DNA from: Acidobacteriota bacterium
GTDB taxonomy: Bacteria; Acidobacteriota; UBA6911; JACQSX01
DNA: 64,000 bases
Direction of reading: 5' to 3'
NCBI GenBank assembly: GCA_016211105.1
Contig: JACQSX010000028.1
Location: forward strand, 8,635-72,634
Shown here in pieces: positions 61,032 through 64,000 of the stretch. Each line of letters starts with the position of its first letter. Position 1 is the first letter of the stretch. The position numbers were made by a program, and so were the translations under genes. The notes beneath the pieces were generated by a model that worked only from the letters and a program-made list of their open reading frames with translations, did no database searches and had not been told where the DNA came from.

Positions 61032-61604
61032 TTACTCCTGGAAACAGCGAAATGGTGTGACGGAGCTGCCGCGCATCGCCCACCGCCATTCGGCGAATTC
61101 GTAGAGCTGCCTTTTCAACCCTCGATACCACCACCGCATACCGAGTTTTCGCGCTTCCTCATAAGCATCAGTGGCATCCCAACCCTGGAAGGTGATGCGG
61201 TACAAGCCAATCATGATTCCGGTTCGATCCGCTCCCCGCCGGCAATGCACGAAGACGGGATAGCTGGCAGGATCACACAACACACGTAAAAAAGTCCGCA
61301 CCGCGTCCGCCGGAAGCCGCTCCCAGGCATCCAGAGGTATGTGGACATACTTCATTCCAAGTCTGTGGACGGTTGTCTGCTCCCGGTCGCCATCCGAACG
61401 AAGATTTATGATCGTCTTCACGCCGAGTTCCTTGAGCGCGCTCAAACCGCTGGCCGTCGGCTGCCCACCGCGATAAAGGTCTTTGGCAACTTCATGGAAA
61501 TTCCGGATGTCCCCAACCAAGGGAGCCGCGTGCCCAGCGTGGCCGGCGAGGACCAGTGACAAGGTAAGAAGGTAGGCGCAATTGGTTATGCAGAACTGCT
61601 TCAT
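61032..61604 (-). CDS. Exported Cys-based (PTP/DSP-like) phosphatase
   Basis: NFHEV..LYRGGQP, VFVHCRRGADRTG. Confidence 0.9.
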   Translation of the reverse strand: MKQFCITNCAYLLTLSLVLAGHAGHAAPLVGDIRNFHEVAKDLYRGGQPTASGLSALKELGVKTIINLRSDGDREQTTVHRLGMKYVHIPLDAWERLPADAVRTFLRVLCDPASYPVFVHCRRGADRTGIMIGLYRITFQGWDATDAYEEARKLGMRWWYRGLKRQLYEFAEWRWAMRGSSVTPFRCFQE

Positions 61605-61623
61605 GACAGCACCATGTTAGTTT

Positions 61624-61732
61624 GCATTTCTACCAAAACATTTCCTGTTGGAGGGAATCCCGGCGCGTTTACTGTGTGAAACACACTTGGCGATGTCGAT
61701 ATTGTAGAGACGCCCCGCCGGGGCGTCTCTAC
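61624..61732 (-). repeat. About 110-bp REP-containing repeat, copy B
   Basis: Reverse-complement match to 48742-48851. Confidence 0.85.
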
Positions 61733-61769
61733 GCGTCTCTACCAGCTGGTTAGGCGGCCTGGCGTTGCT

Positions 61770-63119
61770 TCACCCACTTTTTCGCCCGAAGCGCCGCCCG
61801 GCATAAACACCGCAAAGAGCCATCAGAATCACAGAAGGTATGCTGACCAGACTCAAATATCGAACATTGAGGCCCTCAATTCCAAGCGCGATCGGAATCA
61901 GGATCCCCACTCCTTTTGCCAGTCGCTGGACGAACATATTGGTAAAGGCGCGCGCCTTGTACTTCTCGTCCAGACTGGCTGGAACGTAGAGGGTCTCGCG
62001 GGCGGTCTGTTGGATGGAATAGTTAAGGCCGTTGTCAGAAACGATCAGGAGACTGGACACATAGAGCGTCGGCAAAGCTAGAAAGGCCGCCGAACTGCCC
62101 AGAGCGGCGATCGGAAGAATCAGAAGGGCCACGGCCAGGCCGAACTTTCTCATGATCAGGCTAACCAGGAAAAACTGGACCAACACGGAAAGCGTGTTGG
62201 CATAGAAGTAAACGTTGGCCATGAACTGCTGGGTCTGCTCCACACCCTGGAGTTGTTCAGCGAGAGTGCTCCACTGGTAATCCATGAGCTGCGAGGTGAC
62301 TTCGTAAAATGCCATGACCCCCAGGATGGCGGCCAGGTATTTTGATCGGGTCACCAGACGCGCGCCTTCGATGACTGCACTCATTTTAAAGGCGCCGCTT
62401 GGCGCGGGATTCTGTAACGGCGCCACGGGTGAATAGATCCTGAAAGTTTTGGATCTGCTGATCAGGAACTCGGTGATAAAAATGGTGGCGATCACTCCTG
62501 CGATGGCGGCCGCTGACACAAACAGCAACCCTTTCATCCCGAGCATTTGGCGCAACATCTTCGCCACACTGACACCGACCCATCCTCCGATCACCCCTCC
62601 CACTCCGATGACTCCAAACAGCCGCTTTGCCTGGTCCGCCGTGGAGATGTCGGTTAGATAGGCCCAGAAGGCGGCGACCATCACCGTCGAGACCAAGTCA
62701 CCAATGAGGTAAAAGACCCAGATGGCTGCAGGCCGGGCTCCTGCCAGGGCATTAGGGAGGAGCAGGAAGCAGACAATGAAAAACAGCGAGACGATGTAAA
62801 TGAGCCACTTCCTTCCCAGCCTGTTGTACAAAAGGGTAAAAATCACCACCGCGACGGCGGCCACAAGGATGTTTGCAAGCTTGGCATACAGCTCCGCGTG
62901 CGCCCCATAGCTGGCTATAAAAAGACCCTTTTTGAGCGGCTTCAGAATTTGAAATACCGCAATTACCAGGAAGAAAAATGAAAACTGGAGCACAACGACA
63001 GGAAGCTCGCCCTGCCTGCAGTCGCAAATCTCTCGCATCACTCTTTTCATCGCAGCTAATCCCCTTAAAGGTTCATCGTTCTCCGCATCAGCGACCGACG
63101 ATAATGGGTGGCGGTTCAA
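61770..63119 (-). CDS. Npt1/Npt2 (TLC)-like MFS transporter
   Basis: ILKPLKKGLF, QAKRLFG, LMDYQW, YSIQQTARETLY; start may be 63050. Confidence 0.85.
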   Translation of the reverse strand: MNRHPLSSVADAENDEPLRGLAAMKRVMREICDCRQGELPVVVLQFSFFFLVIAVFQILKPLKKGLFIASYGAHAELYAKLANILVAAVAVVIFTLLYNRLGRKWLIYIVSLFFIVCFLLLPNALAGARPAAIWVFYLIGDLVSTVMVAAFWAYLTDISTADQAKRLFGVIGVGGVIGGWVGVSVAKMLRQMLGMKGLLFVSAAAIAGVIATIFITEFLISRSKTFRIYSPVAPLQNPAPSGAFKMSAVIEGARLVTRSKYLAAILGVMAFYEVTSQLMDYQWSTLAEQLQGVEQTQQFMANVYFYANTLSVLVQFFLVSLIMRKFGLAVALLILPIAALGSSAAFLALPTLYVSSLLIVSDNGLNYSIQQTARETLYVPASLDEKYKARAFTNMFVQRLAKGVGILIPIALGIEGLNVRYLSLVSIPSVILMALCGVYAGRRFGRKSG

Positions 63120-64000
63120 GGTTCACGGTCAATCCCTACAATAGACTTATGTGACCCGTTGCGAATGAAGACGTCCACCCGTTTTCCCCACTGTGGCTGA
63201 TTGCGACTCAGAGTTCGGATCCGTACCATGAGATACGGCGCCTGATGACGCACGACAGGCAGAGATGGGACCTTTGCGGTCTGCACTCCTTCCAGTGGAT
63301 CCTGGCCGAGCGTCTCGTTGTCGAAACGGAACCACTGGTACTGATAAGAATCAACTTCTCCAACTCCTGCCTCCGCGCCCAGGTTCTTGAAATCCAGTTT
63401 CAGGACCTCTTCTGTGCCAGTGATGTGAAAGGCGTCCAGCGGGTTGAGCTGGGCCAGGTAATAGCGCACTATCTTGTCTCGTCGTCTGATGAGCGTGTCT
63501 GCAAGGTAACCCTCCGCCTGCGGATCTGAAATCAGGCCGGTCTTGACAACGGCGCGTATCATTTCATCGGTAAAACGCATCAATATGCGTGTGGCCCAGA
63601 AAGCGTCATCGTTACGCATTCGTTCAAATGCCGGATTGGGGTACTCTGGCTTCCACCGCGCCGGATGAAAGAAATCGGACTCGAAGCGTCCCACCGCCGG
63701 GTACTCCGGGTAGCGGACATGGCGCCAGGGACGGTCCCACAGCCCGAGCGTGAGAGCTGATTTTAAGATTGGGCCCCATTCCAGGATGTATTCATTTCCG
63801 GCACGCCTGCTCTGAACCCTAACGCTACCGCTGCCCAGAGAGGATCCGAAGTCGAGCAAATAGTGTTTGACGGAGCCCTGATCCCCTGCCTTTACGTAGA
63901 AATCATCTGTGTTGATGCTGCGCGCATCGTCATGGTTAAGCCAGGCGGCGAAAATGCGGAGTCCTCTAAGCTCGCGACGGTCTTCGTGCGGAAAGATATC
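63116..64000 (-). CDS. Hypothetical protein, possible kinase-like fold (5' end outside window)
   Basis: Open from the window edge: HEDRRELRGLRIFAAWLNHDDARSINT..HYLLDFGS. Confidence 0.7.
   Translation of the reverse strand, partial: DIFPHEDRRELRGLRIFAAWLNHDDARSINTDDFYVKAGDQGSVKHYLLDFGSSLGSGSVRVQSRRAGNEYILEWGPILKSALTLGLWDRPWRHVRYPEYPAVGRFESDFFHPARWKPEYPNPAFERMRNDDAFWATRILMRFTDEMIRAVVKTGLISDPQAEGYLADTLIRRRDKIVRYYLAQLNPLDAFHITGTEEVLKLDFKNLGAEAGVGEVDSYQYQWFRFDNETLGQDPLEGVQTAKVPSLPVVRHQAPYLMVRIRTLSRNQPQWGKRVDVFIRNGSHKSIVGIDREP

Larger units (their letters stand above)
33605..64000. mobile_element. Decayed tRNA-fMet-anchored genomic island (TA modules, heavy-metal genes); right end not seen
   Basis: Integrase remnant next to tRNA 3' end; abrupt switch from core to accessory genes; many fragments and duplications. 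Confidence 0.7.

Overview
Bacterial window, probably Acidobacteriota (inferred from an acidobacterial-type VWA protein, ECF/zf-HC2/CHAT module and REP-like repeats), translated with the standard code (TGA is a normal stop in many core genes). 1-33.6 kb is core genome: end of the spc/alpha ribosomal operon (rpsE to rplQ), GGDEF, ribA, a B12-binding radical SAM/NfuA/ATP-grasp cluster, recG-rsmD, hpt, a CHAT/anti-sigma/ECF block, coaD, pyr genes, cutA, hemD and tRNA-fMet. From the tRNA onward is a decayed genomic island: an integrase remnant, Fic and toxin-antitoxin genes, then about 19 kb of heavy-metal genes (two MerR-family regulators with recognisable operators, merT/merP/merC-like genes, CopZ-N-like genes, merA), gene fragments and MITE/REP repeats. 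Main result: three genes, missed or truncated by the ORF track, have in-frame TGA at cysteine positions followed by SECIS-like hairpins, so they are predicted selenoproteins. They are a Tat-type exported HMA protein with GMT-U-DS-C (44325-44657), an exported HMA protein with a double-Sec GMI-U-GL-U motif ending a MerR-type operon (48086-48598), and a radical SAM with a C-U-AEP tail (10570-12045). The island thus carries CxxC, UxxC and UxxU versions of one metal-binding fold next to mercuric reductase, suggesting a selenocysteine-based Hg/soft-metal capture system. Sec insertion is inferred; no sel machinery is in this window.
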